Notes under the pieces: generated by a model
Database searches by the model: none
Told to the model about the DNA's origin: nothing
What the model saw: the letters and a program-made list of their open reading frames with translations, nothing else
In this document: piece after piece, positions 36,769-45,310 of the stretch
How positions within the stretch are numbered: position 1 is the first letter of the stretch
How the letters are laid out: each line of letters opens with the position of its first letter
Assembly (NCBI GenBank): GCA_964569655.1
Contig: CAZMTN010000001.1
Location: 139,395-203,394, forward strand
Source: an uncultured Candidatus Saccharibacteria bacterium
GTDB taxonomy: Bacteria > Patescibacteriota > Minisyncoccia > Phycocordibacterales > Phycocordibacteraceae
Length of the DNA stretch: 64,000 nucleotides
Reading direction: 5' to 3'
Made by a program: the position numbers and the translations under genes

Positions 36769-37266
36769 ATGACAATCACCAACACCGGTATCGCCGTCGC
36801 GCTCGCTGTAGCGGTCGCGCTCGGGTTCCTGTTCTTCGGTCCGTCACTGTTCGCGCCGCTAAGCAATGCAGCTATCCCTAATGAAATGATCATGCCAGAG
36901 AACAACGCAAACCCGGTCGCTACCATCCCTGATGCTACCGAGCTTCAGATCAATGACGTGCAGCCAGGCACCGGCGCTACCGCCGAGGCCGGAGACACGG
37001 TAACGGTGGAGTACGTGGGCGCGCTCACCAACGGCAGCGTCTTCGACGCTTCGGAGAATCACGGCCAGCCGTTCACCTTTACGCTCGGCGCGGGAAGTGT
37101 CATCCAGGGATGGGAGCAGGGTATTGTCGGCATGAAGGAGGGAGGCCAGCGCGTCCTCATCATCCCCCCGCAGCTCGGCTATGGTCCTACCGGCAATGGT
37201 CCGATCCCGGGGAACGCTACGCTTCTCTTCCAGGTGCAGCTCGTGAGCGTGCAGAAAGGGAACTAG
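36769..37266 (+). CDS. FKBP-type peptidyl-prolyl cis-trans isomerase with N-terminal membrane anchor
   Basis: FKBP core (GDTVTVEYVGALTNGSVFDAS ... GAGSVIQGWEQGIVGMKEGGQRVLIIPPQLGYG). TATAAT lies 9 nt upstream of the ATG. Confidence 0.8.
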   Translation: MTITNTGIAVALAVAVALGFLFFGPSLFAPLSNAAIPNEMIMPENNANPVATIPDATELQINDVQPGTGATAEAGDTVTVEYVGALTNGSVFDASENHGQPFTFTLGAGSVIQGWEQGIVGMKEGGQRVLIIPPQLGYGPTGNGPIPGNATLLFQVQLVSVQKGN

Positions 37267-37285
37267 GTCTCAAAAGTATAAAAAT

Positions 37286-37318
37286 ACGACCCGCCTGAGC
37301 ATTGCTCGGGCGGGTCGT
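37286..37318. terminator. Hairpin ACGACCCGCC ... GGCGGGTCGT between convergent genes; the T-tract lies on the minus strand
   Basis: 10-bp perfect stem. Confidence 0.5.
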
Positions 37319-37342
37319 GTAGTTTGGGATCGAAGTAGTGGA

Positions 37343-38188
37343 TTACCGTTGGTTACGGCGCGGAGCACCAATGACCGGCGGCGGGTCAACCTTCCTCGGT
37401 CCACGCGAGATTGCATTCGGACCGCTGTAGGCGGACGAAGCAGCTGGCGAGGACTGACTGGGCGTGCCGTAGATGTTGGGCAAGTTGTCGTGCGTCTGCA
37501 CGAACTTGCCGTTCACCTGGGTCACGAAGTTGCCGAACCGGCCGCAATAGTCGCCGACCAGGTCGTACCAGTCGTCGCGGGCGTCGACATCCAGTTCCAC
37601 CAGCGTCATGAACATGTCGGTTGCACGATCAGACATGCTGATCTGCTGCATCCACATGTTGTTGCTGTTGCCGGACTGAAAGGCCGAGAGCAGGCTCATG
37701 ATGCCGTAAGGGGCACCATAACCCGATGTGACTCCCACGATGCCGCTAGCGATAGCGGCGCCGTAGTTCAGACCGCCCTGGATCTCAAGTCTATCCCGGG
37801 TCTTCTTGTTGGTCCTCTTCGTCCATGCGGCCTGTTCACGTGCCCGCTGGATTGCCCACTTGCGCATGGCGATGCGAGTGCAGACGCGTGCGGTGTTGCC
37901 GACGCTCCTGCGAACCTGCGCTTCGCCGTGCTTGGCGATCAGCTTGCCCGTGTCAATCATAACCGGGTTGCCGAGCTCATTCAGGCGTTCGCCAGGATTG
38001 AGGCTCGGCAGGTAGGCGGGGAGAGTACCCTGATAGTCATAGTAGCTCTCCCTTTGGACCATTTGCGGCGGCGGCGGGCCACCGAGGTCCGGAGGCATAT
38101 CCTCCATCATCGGCTCCGGATTGCACGCAGCCATGCTGGTGGACAGAAGAATTGCGAGGAGTCCTCCCCGCAAACGTTTCGTTTCCAT
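37343..38188 (-). CDS. Hypothetical lipoprotein
   Basis: Signal peptide with lipobox LSTSMAAC; no recognised domain. Confidence 0.5.
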   Translation of the reverse strand: METKRLRGGLLAILLSTSMAACNPEPMMEDMPPDLGGPPPPQMVQRESYYDYQGTLPAYLPSLNPGERLNELGNPVMIDTGKLIAKHGEAQVRRSVGNTARVCTRIAMRKWAIQRAREQAAWTKRTNKKTRDRLEIQGGLNYGAAIASGIVGVTSGYGAPYGIMSLLSAFQSGNSNNMWMQQISMSDRATDMFMTLVELDVDARDDWYDLVGDYCGRFGNFVTQVNGKFVQTHDNLPNIYGTPSQSSPAASSAYSGPNAISRGPRKVDPPPVIGAPRRNQR

Positions 38189-38355
38189 GGGTATTCTCCT
38201 TGCAAGACATTGATGGGGTTGAATCCAATTCCTTCGATCTCGAAAGACCTTCGAAACAGCTAGGATGGAATATACTCTATATACAGTATGTTGTCAATAC
38301 CCCTCCTTGCTTGTATTTCCTTGCCCAAATGGCCCCCTGCAGCTAGGGTGAGAAG

Positions 38356-39573
38356 GTGAATCCCATCTCTTTCTCCATAGACAAGAAGGACCCAGCGAGC
38401 CGGGCGCGCGCCGGCACGCTTACCACGCCGCACGGCGTCATCAAGACGCCTGCCTTCGTACCGGTCGGCACCAAAGCGAACGTGAAGGGAGTGCTTCCGG
38501 AGACGCTGGTGAAGCTCGGCGCGCAAGTCGTGCTTGCAAACACGTACCATCTGTATCTCTCTCCCGGAGAGAAGATCGTGAACCAGGGCGGCAAGCTCGG
38601 GACATTCATGGGATGGAATGGACCAACCATGACCGACTCGGGCGGATTCCAAGTGTTCTCGCTCGGTGCAGCGTTCGGCAAGACCATCACCAAGTTCGTG
38701 AAGGAGGATGCGCCGCAGGAAGAGGGCGTCTCGGTCTACGACGAGAGCGTCGCGAGCCAGCACGGCCAGCTCGCCGTCATCGATGAGGAAGGCGTCTCCT
38801 TCACCTCGCATCTCGATGGCTCGCTCCACCGCTTCACGCCGGAGCGCTCCATCGAGATACAGCAGGCGCTCGGCGCGGACATGTTCTTCGCCTTCGACGA
38901 GTGCACGTCTCCGAATGCGCCGTACGAGTACCAGCGCGAGGCTATGGAGCGCACGCACCGCTGGGCACAGCGGAGCCTTAAGGCGCACCGCCAGAACATC
39001 GACGCCAACAAGGTGCAGGGCATCTTCGGTATCGTGCAGGGAGGACGTCATGAGGATCTCCGGAGGGAATCCGCGAAGGAGATCGCGAGCATGGGCTTCG
39101 ACGGCATCGGCATCGGCGGATCCTTCAGCAAGGAGGACATGCGTGGCGCGCTCCAGGCTGCGGTGGGCGAATTGCCCGACGAGCTCCCGAAGCACTTCCT
39201 CGGCATCGGGGAGCCGGGAGACATCCTTGAGGGCATCGCGAACGGCATGGACCTCTTCGACTGCGTCGCAGCGACGCGCATCGGCCGCCACGGCTCTATC
39301 TATACGAAGCGAGGCATCATCCATCTCACTGGGGAGCGCTACAAGGATGAATTCGTCCCGCTTGACCCCGAGACCGTGATCCCGGGCACGGAGACATTCA
39401 CGCGCGCGTACGTCGCCCACCTCATCCGCTCCAAGGAGCTTCTCGGCTCGGTGATCTGCTCCATGCACAACGTCGGATTCATCCTGAAGCTGGTAGACGA
39501 GGCGCGCGAGGCCATCGAGCAGGGGAGGTTCGCTGCCTTCACTGAGGAGTTCAGGAGCTCGTACTACGCTTGA
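38356..39573 (+). CDS. tgt: Queuine tRNA-ribosyltransferase
   Basis: Tgt TIM-barrel motifs (TPHGVIKTPAFVPVGTKA, DSGGFQV, FDEC, GIGIGG); 405 aa; GTG start with AGGGTGA Shine-Dalgarno. Confidence 0.85.
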   Translation: MNPISFSIDKKDPASRARAGTLTTPHGVIKTPAFVPVGTKANVKGVLPETLVKLGAQVVLANTYHLYLSPGEKIVNQGGKLGTFMGWNGPTMTDSGGFQVFSLGAAFGKTITKFVKEDAPQEEGVSVYDESVASQHGQLAVIDEEGVSFTSHLDGSLHRFTPERSIEIQQALGADMFFAFDECTSPNAPYEYQREAMERTHRWAQRSLKAHRQNIDANKVQGIFGIVQGGRHEDLRRESAKEIASMGFDGIGIGGSFSKEDMRGALQAAVGELPDELPKHFLGIGEPGDILEGIANGMDLFDCVAATRIGRHGSIYTKRGIIHLTGERYKDEFVPLDPETVIPGTETFTRAYVAHLIRSKELLGSVICSMHNVGFILKLVDEAREAIEQGRFAAFTEEFRSSYYA

Positions 39574-39650
39574 CATCCCTGCTGATGGGCGTATGACTAG
39601 GGAAGCTGTCGAACCACGCCTCGGAAGAGGCCAACCAGGAGGTCCTTCTT

Positions 39651-39926
39651 ATGCGCATGTCGCTCACCGCTCTTGCCTTCGCAATCATGCTCGCTTCGCC
39701 CGCTGCGGCTAATCAGGACGGCAGAGTCCTTCCGCCCTGCTGTGTCGTCGCGAGTCCGTCGCCGACCAAGCTCGTGATGAAATGCACGGACTGGGTCATT
39801 CGGAAGAACTCGCTTCGTTCGACGGCTTTCGAGGATGAGCCCACGCTCGCCCAGATACCGGGTATCGGAGGACGCCGGGACGCATGCGTCAGGCATAACG
39901 AAGCACGGTATCGAGCCGCTAGCTGA
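39651..39926 (+). CDS. Small secreted Cys-containing protein (91 aa)
   Basis: Signal peptide MRMSLTALAFAIMLASPAAA; 5 Cys. Confidence 0.35.
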   Translation: MRMSLTALAFAIMLASPAAANQDGRVLPPCCVVASPSPTKLVMKCTDWVIRKNSLRSTAFEDEPTLAQIPGIGGRRDACVRHNEARYRAAS

Positions 39927-40035
39927 AGAGAGCAAGCACACCGCCGGGTCAACAGACCCGGCGGCTTTCTTATATCTTTGACGGATACCCGGATAGGGAG
40001 TTTAATGCCTGGGAAACAGTACCCGGGAGAGTGTA

Positions 40036-40389
40036 ATGAAGCATATATTCTTGTGTGCGTTCGTGCTTTTTGGCGTCGTGCCTGTCGCTGCTCAAGATCT
40101 GCCTTCTGCTTCCCAAGGCTTGGGGCCGAAACCGTTGATCGATGCTCCGCCCACAGCGCGCAATTACGTCGTGAGCATCGGCATCCGCGGAGAGTCGTCG
40201 CAAGAACAGAAGATGGTCATCGGCTTCTTTGCTATGCGCATCGGACAAGCCTGCAAGGATGTCGAAGCCGAGGCAAAGCTCAGCTGCCGTGCGCATCTCG
40301 CTGTCGCTCTTCTTGAGGGCGGCAGCCTCGGACCGAATACCTTCCTGATGGTCCATGATCCCGCCGAATCCAGAAGCCTCCAGGAGTAG
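40036..40389 (+). CDS. Small secreted protein (117 aa)
   Basis: Signal peptide MKHIFLCAFVLFGVVPVAAQ; terminator-like hairpin downstream (40401..40440). Confidence 0.4.
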   Translation: MKHIFLCAFVLFGVVPVAAQDLPSASQGLGPKPLIDAPPTARNYVVSIGIRGESSQEQKMVIGFFAMRIGQACKDVEAEAKLSCRAHLAVALLEGGSLGPNTFLMVHDPAESRSLQE

Positions 40390-40468
40390 CAGCTCCTGAA
40401 AGAAGCCGACCCGTCCCGGGCTCCGGCTTCTTTTTTCGTATAACCCCAAAATGGTAAGATAGGGGGTC

Positions 40469-42565
40469 ATGTCACTCTTTCAGCTCCATACCCCATTCCC
40501 GCCGGCCGGAGATCAGCCGAACGCTATCAAGGAGCTCACGAAGGGCCTTGAGAAGGGGCTGCGCCATCAGACGCTGCTCGGCGTCACCGGCTCAGGCAAG
40601 ACCTACACCTGCGCGAACGTGATCGCGAATCACGGCAAGCCGACGCTGGTGCTCGCGCACAACAAGACGCTCGCAGCGCAGCTCGCCCAGGAGTATCGCG
40701 AGTTCTTCCCAGAGAACCAGGTGCACTTCTTCGTTTCATACTACGACTACTATCAGCCGGAGGCGTACATAGCTCACTCGGATACGTACATCGAGAAAGA
40801 AGCGATGATTAACGCGGAGATAGACCGCCTCCGCCATGCGGCTACGCAGTCCCTCCTCACCCGGAAGGACGTCATCATCGTCGCTTCGGTGTCCGCCATC
40901 TACGGCCTCGGTTCCCCCGAGCAGTACGAGAAGGTGCACGTCCGGCTCGTGAAGGGCGAGGAGGTGGAGGGCGGCCGCGCCGGCCTTATCCGGAAGCTCA
41001 TCCGCATCTTCTTCGAGCGCACCAATGCCGACCTCGATCCGGGCAAGCTCCGCGCGGTCGGGAACGCAGTGGAGTTCATGCCGGTGAACGAGCGTTCCAT
41101 CTACCGCGTCCGCTTCGACGGCAACGTTATCGCCGGCATCGAGTGCCTCGATCCCGTATCCCGCGCAAAGACCGGCGAGGTGGATTCGACCTTCATCTTC
41201 CCGGCGAAGCACTTCGTCACGAGCGAGGACGAGCGGGACCGGGCGCTCGCGGATATCAAGAGCGAGCTCGAGGACCAGCTCGCGAAGCTGAAGCGCGAAG
41301 AGAAGCCGCTCGAGGCCGAGCGCCTGAAGCGCCGCACGCTCCACGACATCGCGCTCATCCGCGAGATGGGATACACGAGCGGCATCGAGAACTATTCCCG
41401 CCATTTCGACGGCCGGAAGCCCGGCGAACCGCCGCACACCCTGCTCTCATACTTCCCGCACCATAAGGACGGCAGCCCCGATTTTCTTACCGTCATAGAC
41501 GAATCCCACGTTACCGTCACCCAGATCGGCGGCATGTACGCTGGAGACCGCTCCAGGAAGGACGTGCTCATCGAGCACGGCTTCCGGCTGCCGTCCGCGC
41601 GCGACAACCGCCCCCTCATGTTCGAGGAGTTCGAGAAGCGCATCGGGCAGGTGATCTATACTTCTGCGACCCCTGGCGTCTACGAGCGGGAGCATTCGGA
41701 GCAGGTGGTGGAGCAGATCATCCGTCCGACGGGGCTCATCGACCCCGAGCTCGTCATCCGTCCGATCACTGAGGGCGTTGCAGCACCGGTGCTCGCTGGC
41801 ACGGAGATCATCCCTGAGCCGGACCCTGAGTACCGAGGGCAGATATCCGATTTCATACGGGAAGCGGAGATAGTCATTGCGCGCGGCGGTCGCGCGCTCG
41901 CGACCACGCTCACCAAGCAGATGGCCGAGGACCTTGCGTCCTTCCTGCTTGAGAAGAAGATCAAGGCCCAGTACCTCCATGCGGACGTGAAGACCATCGA
42001 CCGCATCCAGATCCTGTCCGAGTTCCGCAAGGGGACGTTCGACATTCTGGTCGGCGTGAACCTGCTGCGCGAAGGCCTCGACCTTCCTGAGGTTGAGCTG
42101 GTCGGCATACTCGACGCGGACAAGGAAGGCTTCCTCCGGTCAGAGACCTCGCTCATCCAGACCATCGGGCGCGCTGCCCGCAACGTGCTCGGGCGCGTCA
42201 TCCTCTACGCCGACCAGATGACGGGCTCAATGGAGCGCGCCATCGGGGAGACGAATCGCCGTCGTGCGGTACAGATCGCGTACAACACGAAGCACGGCAT
42301 CACCCCGGCAAGCATCAAGAAGGAGATCCGGGATATCGCTGAGTCTATCCGCAGCGAGCACGACAAGACCGTGGACTCGCTCCTCTCCATCGATGCCCGC
42401 ATCTACCGAGAGGATCCGGCGGAGTTCATCAAGGAGAAACGCCGCCAGATGGAGGAGGCGGTGGAGGCGCTCGACTTCGAGACGGCCGCCATCATCCGCG
42501 ACGAGATCTATGCGCTCGAGGGGAACGGGCCGAAGAAATCCAGGCCGAGAGGGAAGCGCCGCTGA
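40469..42565 (+). CDS. uvrB: Excinuclease ABC subunit B
   Basis: 698 aa. Helicase motifs (GVTGSGKT, DESH), beta-hairpin region, C-terminal UVR domain (ETAAIIRDEIYALEG). Confidence 0.9.
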   Translation: MSLFQLHTPFPPAGDQPNAIKELTKGLEKGLRHQTLLGVTGSGKTYTCANVIANHGKPTLVLAHNKTLAAQLAQEYREFFPENQVHFFVSYYDYYQPEAYIAHSDTYIEKEAMINAEIDRLRHAATQSLLTRKDVIIVASVSAIYGLGSPEQYEKVHVRLVKGEEVEGGRAGLIRKLIRIFFERTNADLDPGKLRAVGNAVEFMPVNERSIYRVRFDGNVIAGIECLDPVSRAKTGEVDSTFIFPAKHFVTSEDERDRALADIKSELEDQLAKLKREEKPLEAERLKRRTLHDIALIREMGYTSGIENYSRHFDGRKPGEPPHTLLSYFPHHKDGSPDFLTVIDESHVTVTQIGGMYAGDRSRKDVLIEHGFRLPSARDNRPLMFEEFEKRIGQVIYTSATPGVYEREHSEQVVEQIIRPTGLIDPELVIRPITEGVAAPVLAGTEIIPEPDPEYRGQISDFIREAEIVIARGGRALATTLTKQMAEDLASFLLEKKIKAQYLHADVKTIDRIQILSEFRKGTFDILVGVNLLREGLDLPEVELVGILDADKEGFLRSETSLIQTIGRAARNVLGRVILYADQMTGSMERAIGETNRRRAVQIAYNTKHGITPASIKKEIRDIAESIRSEHDKTVDSLLSIDARIYREDPAEFIKEKRRQMEEAVEALDFETAAIIRDEIYALEGNGPKKSRPRGKRR

Positions 42566-42586
42566 TAATCCTGCTATCATGATGGG

Positions 42587-43657
42587 ATGCCGCTGTGGCT
42601 TCTCTTCACGTGCGCATTCCTCGCGCTTGCGGTAGGCGCCGTCGCTACCGTGGGCTATTTCACGACGATCGTGCTCAAGGCGCTGGTGTCCGGCACCGCC
42701 TATATCGACGCCGCCTTTCAGTCCGGCATCATCGCCATCTTCCTTCTCCTTGTCATTGGAGCGCTCTTCTTCGTGCTCGAGCGCATCGTGGTGAAGCCGA
42801 TCAGGCACCTCACCCGGGCCGTGCAGGCGTTCGCGGAGCAGGGACAGCAGCTCCAGATGCCCTCATTCAAGTACACGCCGCTCGAGATCGAGCAGCTCAT
42901 GAGCTCGTTCGCGACGCTGGTAGGCAGCGTCGAGGCGTCGCACCGCCGCGACGTCGAAGTCTCGCGCGTGAAGTCCGACTTCATCTCTACCGCAGCGCAT
43001 CAGCTGCGCACGCCTCTTACCGGGATCCGCTGGTCCCTCGAGGCGCTCCAGAAGGGCCAGCTCACCCAGGAGCAGGTCCCGCTCGTGAATAGCGCGAACG
43101 ATAAGATCAAGGACCTGGTCGCCATCGTGAGCACGCTCCTCGACATCTCGTCTATCGAATCGGGGAAGTACCGCTACCATTTCGAGCCGGTGGACGTTGC
43201 GGTTCTCCTCGCCGAGATCGCGAATGACTTCATGCCGGTCGCGTCGGAGCGCAAGGTCTCCATCAGCGTGGATCCCATGAGCACGCTGCCGCCGATACGC
43301 GCGGACCGCGAGCGCATCAAGTGGGTGCTCAATAATCTCGTGGACAACGCCATCAATTACACGCCTGCGGGCGGTACGGTGCGCCTCCTCGCGGAAGCCG
43401 GCGCGGGACGCGTCATCATCCGCGTCCGGGACACGGGCATCGGCATCTCGGAACAGGACCGCGGCAACATCTTCGAGCGCTTCTACCGCGCGCCGAACGC
43501 GGTAGCGAAGGAGAATGCCGGCAACGGGCTCGGCCTCTACATCGCCCGCACCATCGCGAACGATCATGGTGGGGATCTGAACTTCGCCGCGAACGATCAC
43601 GGACCCGGAACCACGTTTGCGCTTTCCATACCGGTGGAGAACGGGAGAAGGCTGTAA
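42587..43657 (+). CDS. Sensor histidine kinase (two TM helices, HisKA, HATPase_c)
   Basis: H-box SDFISTAAHQLRTPLT; N, G1, G2 boxes (NLVDNAINYT, DTGIGI, GNGLGL). Confidence 0.8.
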   Translation: MPLWLLFTCAFLALAVGAVATVGYFTTIVLKALVSGTAYIDAAFQSGIIAIFLLLVIGALFFVLERIVVKPIRHLTRAVQAFAEQGQQLQMPSFKYTPLEIEQLMSSFATLVGSVEASHRRDVEVSRVKSDFISTAAHQLRTPLTGIRWSLEALQKGQLTQEQVPLVNSANDKIKDLVAIVSTLLDISSIESGKYRYHFEPVDVAVLLAEIANDFMPVASERKVSISVDPMSTLPPIRADRERIKWVLNNLVDNAINYTPAGGTVRLLAEAGAGRVIIRVRDTGIGISEQDRGNIFERFYRAPNAVAKENAGNGLGLYIARTIANDHGGDLNFAANDHGPGTTFALSIPVENGRRL

Positions 43658-43705
43658 TCCCATGAGGCGCCTTCCCAATTGTTCCTGTCTGGCTATACTG
43701 GCCCT

Positions 43706-44089
43706 ATGACCGCAACCAATTTCATACTCGTCGTCGAAGACGATCCGGTGCTCAAGAACCTCCTCGGGCATACGTTCGCGGGGAAGTACCAGACGCTATA
43801 CGCGTCAGACGGGGAACAGGCCCTCGCGTTCTTCGAGCAATACAAGCCGGCCGTCGTGCTGCTCGACCTCATGCTTCCCGGGATGAGCGGCTTCGATATC
43901 CTCCAGAAGATCCGCGCGCGCACGGACGAGCTCAAGGATACGCCCGTGGTCATCGTCTCGAACCTCGGCCAGTCCTCAGATAAGGAGAAGGCGCAATCCC
44001 TCGGTGCGAACGACTACCTCGTGAAGGCGGAGGTCTCTATCGAGGAGATCGTCGCCAAGATAGAAGGCATGGTGGCGAAGGCGGCATAG
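43706..44089 (+). CDS. Stand-alone response-regulator receiver domain (CheY-like)
   Basis: ILVVEDD, phospho-acceptor Asp in LLDLMLP, conserved T and K (VVIVSNLG ... DYLVKA); no output domain. Start at MTATNF. Confidence 0.75.
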   Translation: MTATNFILVVEDDPVLKNLLGHTFAGKYQTLYASDGEQALAFFEQYKPAVVLLDLMLPGMSGFDILQKIRARTDELKDTPVVIVSNLGQSSDKEKAQSLGANDYLVKAEVSIEEIVAKIEGMVAKAA

Positions 44090-44149
44090 ACAGTCTTTAG
44101 AAAATGTAGTATGGTTTGGGTTGAAACAGACCCTTCAAAGGAAGCGCGG

Positions 44150-44608
44150 ATGCGTACACTGTCTATCATCGTCATCACTGCAATCGTCTCGTCCGCCCTC
44201 ACTGCCATAGCATTTGCTCGGGGAATGCCGGTCGCGGCAACGATCAGCTTGCAGGTCGTCACCAATGCCGCGGTCAGCCAGGCCGAGGAGCTGGTCTCCG
44301 ATGCCGAAAGCCGTGGCCTCTGGAATGAGTGGCATCAGCCCCACCAATCCACTGGTTTCATCGCGCAGCTATACCGCCATGACAGAGAGGACAGCAGTAC
44401 TATCACGGTGGTCAAGGACGGGAACGGCACTCGCAAGGTGCATCTGTTCGTTCCGGAGTTCCGGGCTGGCCTCTTCCCGGTAATCATCAACGGGAAGTGT
44501 GAGCAAGGGCAGTGGTACGAGATACCCTGCAGCGCTCTCAAGCCAGAGAGGTGGAAAAGCCTCTACGACAAGTCGCTTACGCTCACCCGTACCGTCGCAG
44601 GCCTCTAG
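44150..44608 (+). CDS. Small secreted protein with C-terminal Cys pair (paralog A)
   Basis: Signal peptide MRTLSIIVITAIVSSALTAIAFA; C-terminus CEQGQWYEIPCSALKPERWKSLYD. Start taken at MRTLS, which has an AAGGAAG Shine-Dalgarno. Confidence 0.45.
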   Translation: MRTLSIIVITAIVSSALTAIAFARGMPVAATISLQVVTNAAVSQAEELVSDAESRGLWNEWHQPHQSTGFIAQLYRHDREDSSTITVVKDGNGTRKVHLFVPEFRAGLFPVIINGKCEQGQWYEIPCSALKPERWKSLYDKSLTLTRTVAGL

Positions 44609-44630
44609 CTAGGCCCTTCATGGAAGCGAC

Positions 44631-44668
44631 ATCACCCCTTTAGGAAACTAAAGGGGTGATTTTCATTG
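44631..44668 (+). terminator. Terminator hairpin ATCACCCCTTTAG-GAAA-CTAAAGGGGTGAT plus TTTCATTG; copy 1 of a duplicated ~50-bp element
   Basis: 13-bp perfect stem; an identical sequence recurs at 45214..45251. Confidence 0.6.
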
Positions 44669-44694
44669 CCCTTCAGATCGGTGGACATACTAGG

Positions 44695-44729
44695 AATTGA
44701 CAAGAATGACTAAATGTGATATTGTAGTA
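44695..44729 (+). promoter_or_regulatory. Putative promoter TTGACA-N17-TATTGT followed by the AGAAGGAGA Shine-Dalgarno for the gene at 44759
   Basis: Consensus -35 read directly. Confidence 0.35.
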
Positions 44730-44758
44730 TTAAACACGCATATCAGAAGGAGATACTC

Positions 44759-45184
44759 ATGCGTATGTTCATTGCAATCATTTTCGCTTCGGCAATGGCC
44801 TCATCTGCCTTGGCGGCTCCGATCAGCGCCGATCAGGAAAAGCTGGCAAAGCAGGTCACCAGCACAGTGCATTCTCTCCAAATCAAACAGGATTGGAGTG
44901 TGCAGGTGGTCAAGCCCGGTGTCTATACCAGGAATGGCCACATGGTGTCCTTGTACAACGGCTCGGTGAACGTGCGAGTCGGCAAAGGCCACTACGGCGA
45001 GCGGCTCGTCATCGTCATCATCCCGAGAAGCGGCCGGTACGATGCCGATGCGTGGACAATCAAAGATGGCGCCTGTCAGGCCGACAAAAGCCTGTCGTGG
45101 TGCGGGACGACGAGTCCCCAGGTCTGGGAAGACCTGTATTCGCGGGCGTTCAGCATGGCTCGTCACTACGACAGCGACCTGTAG
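44759..45184 (+). CDS. Small secreted protein with C-terminal Cys pair (paralog B)
   Basis: Signal peptide MRMFIAIIFASAMASSALAA; C-terminus CQADKSLSWCGTTSPQVWEDLYS, parallel to paralog A (C-x8-C...W..LY). Confidence 0.45.
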   Translation: MRMFIAIIFASAMASSALAAPISADQEKLAKQVTSTVHSLQIKQDWSVQVVKPGVYTRNGHMVSLYNGSVNVRVGKGHYGERLVIVIIPRSGRYDADAWTIKDGACQADKSLSWCGTTSPQVWEDLYSRAFSMARHYDSDL

Positions 45185-45213
45185 CCCATACCGAGGAGCT
45201 TCATCCTCAAAAC

Positions 45214-45251
45214 ATCACCCCTTTAGGAAACTAAAGGGGTGATTTTCATTG
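45214..45251 (+). terminator. Terminator hairpin, copy 2 of the duplicated element (identical 13-bp stem and GAAA loop)
   Basis: Exact repeat of 44631..44668; flanks are also similar (TTCATGG/TTCATCC upstream). Confidence 0.6.
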
Positions 45252-45310
45252 TCAGACAGACATTGCTATAATCCATACCGTACCTGCCCCGCCACGGGCA
45301 GGAATCCCTC

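Noticed and set aside
38260-39576. 438-aa minus-strand ORF
   Set aside because: Antisense to tgt.
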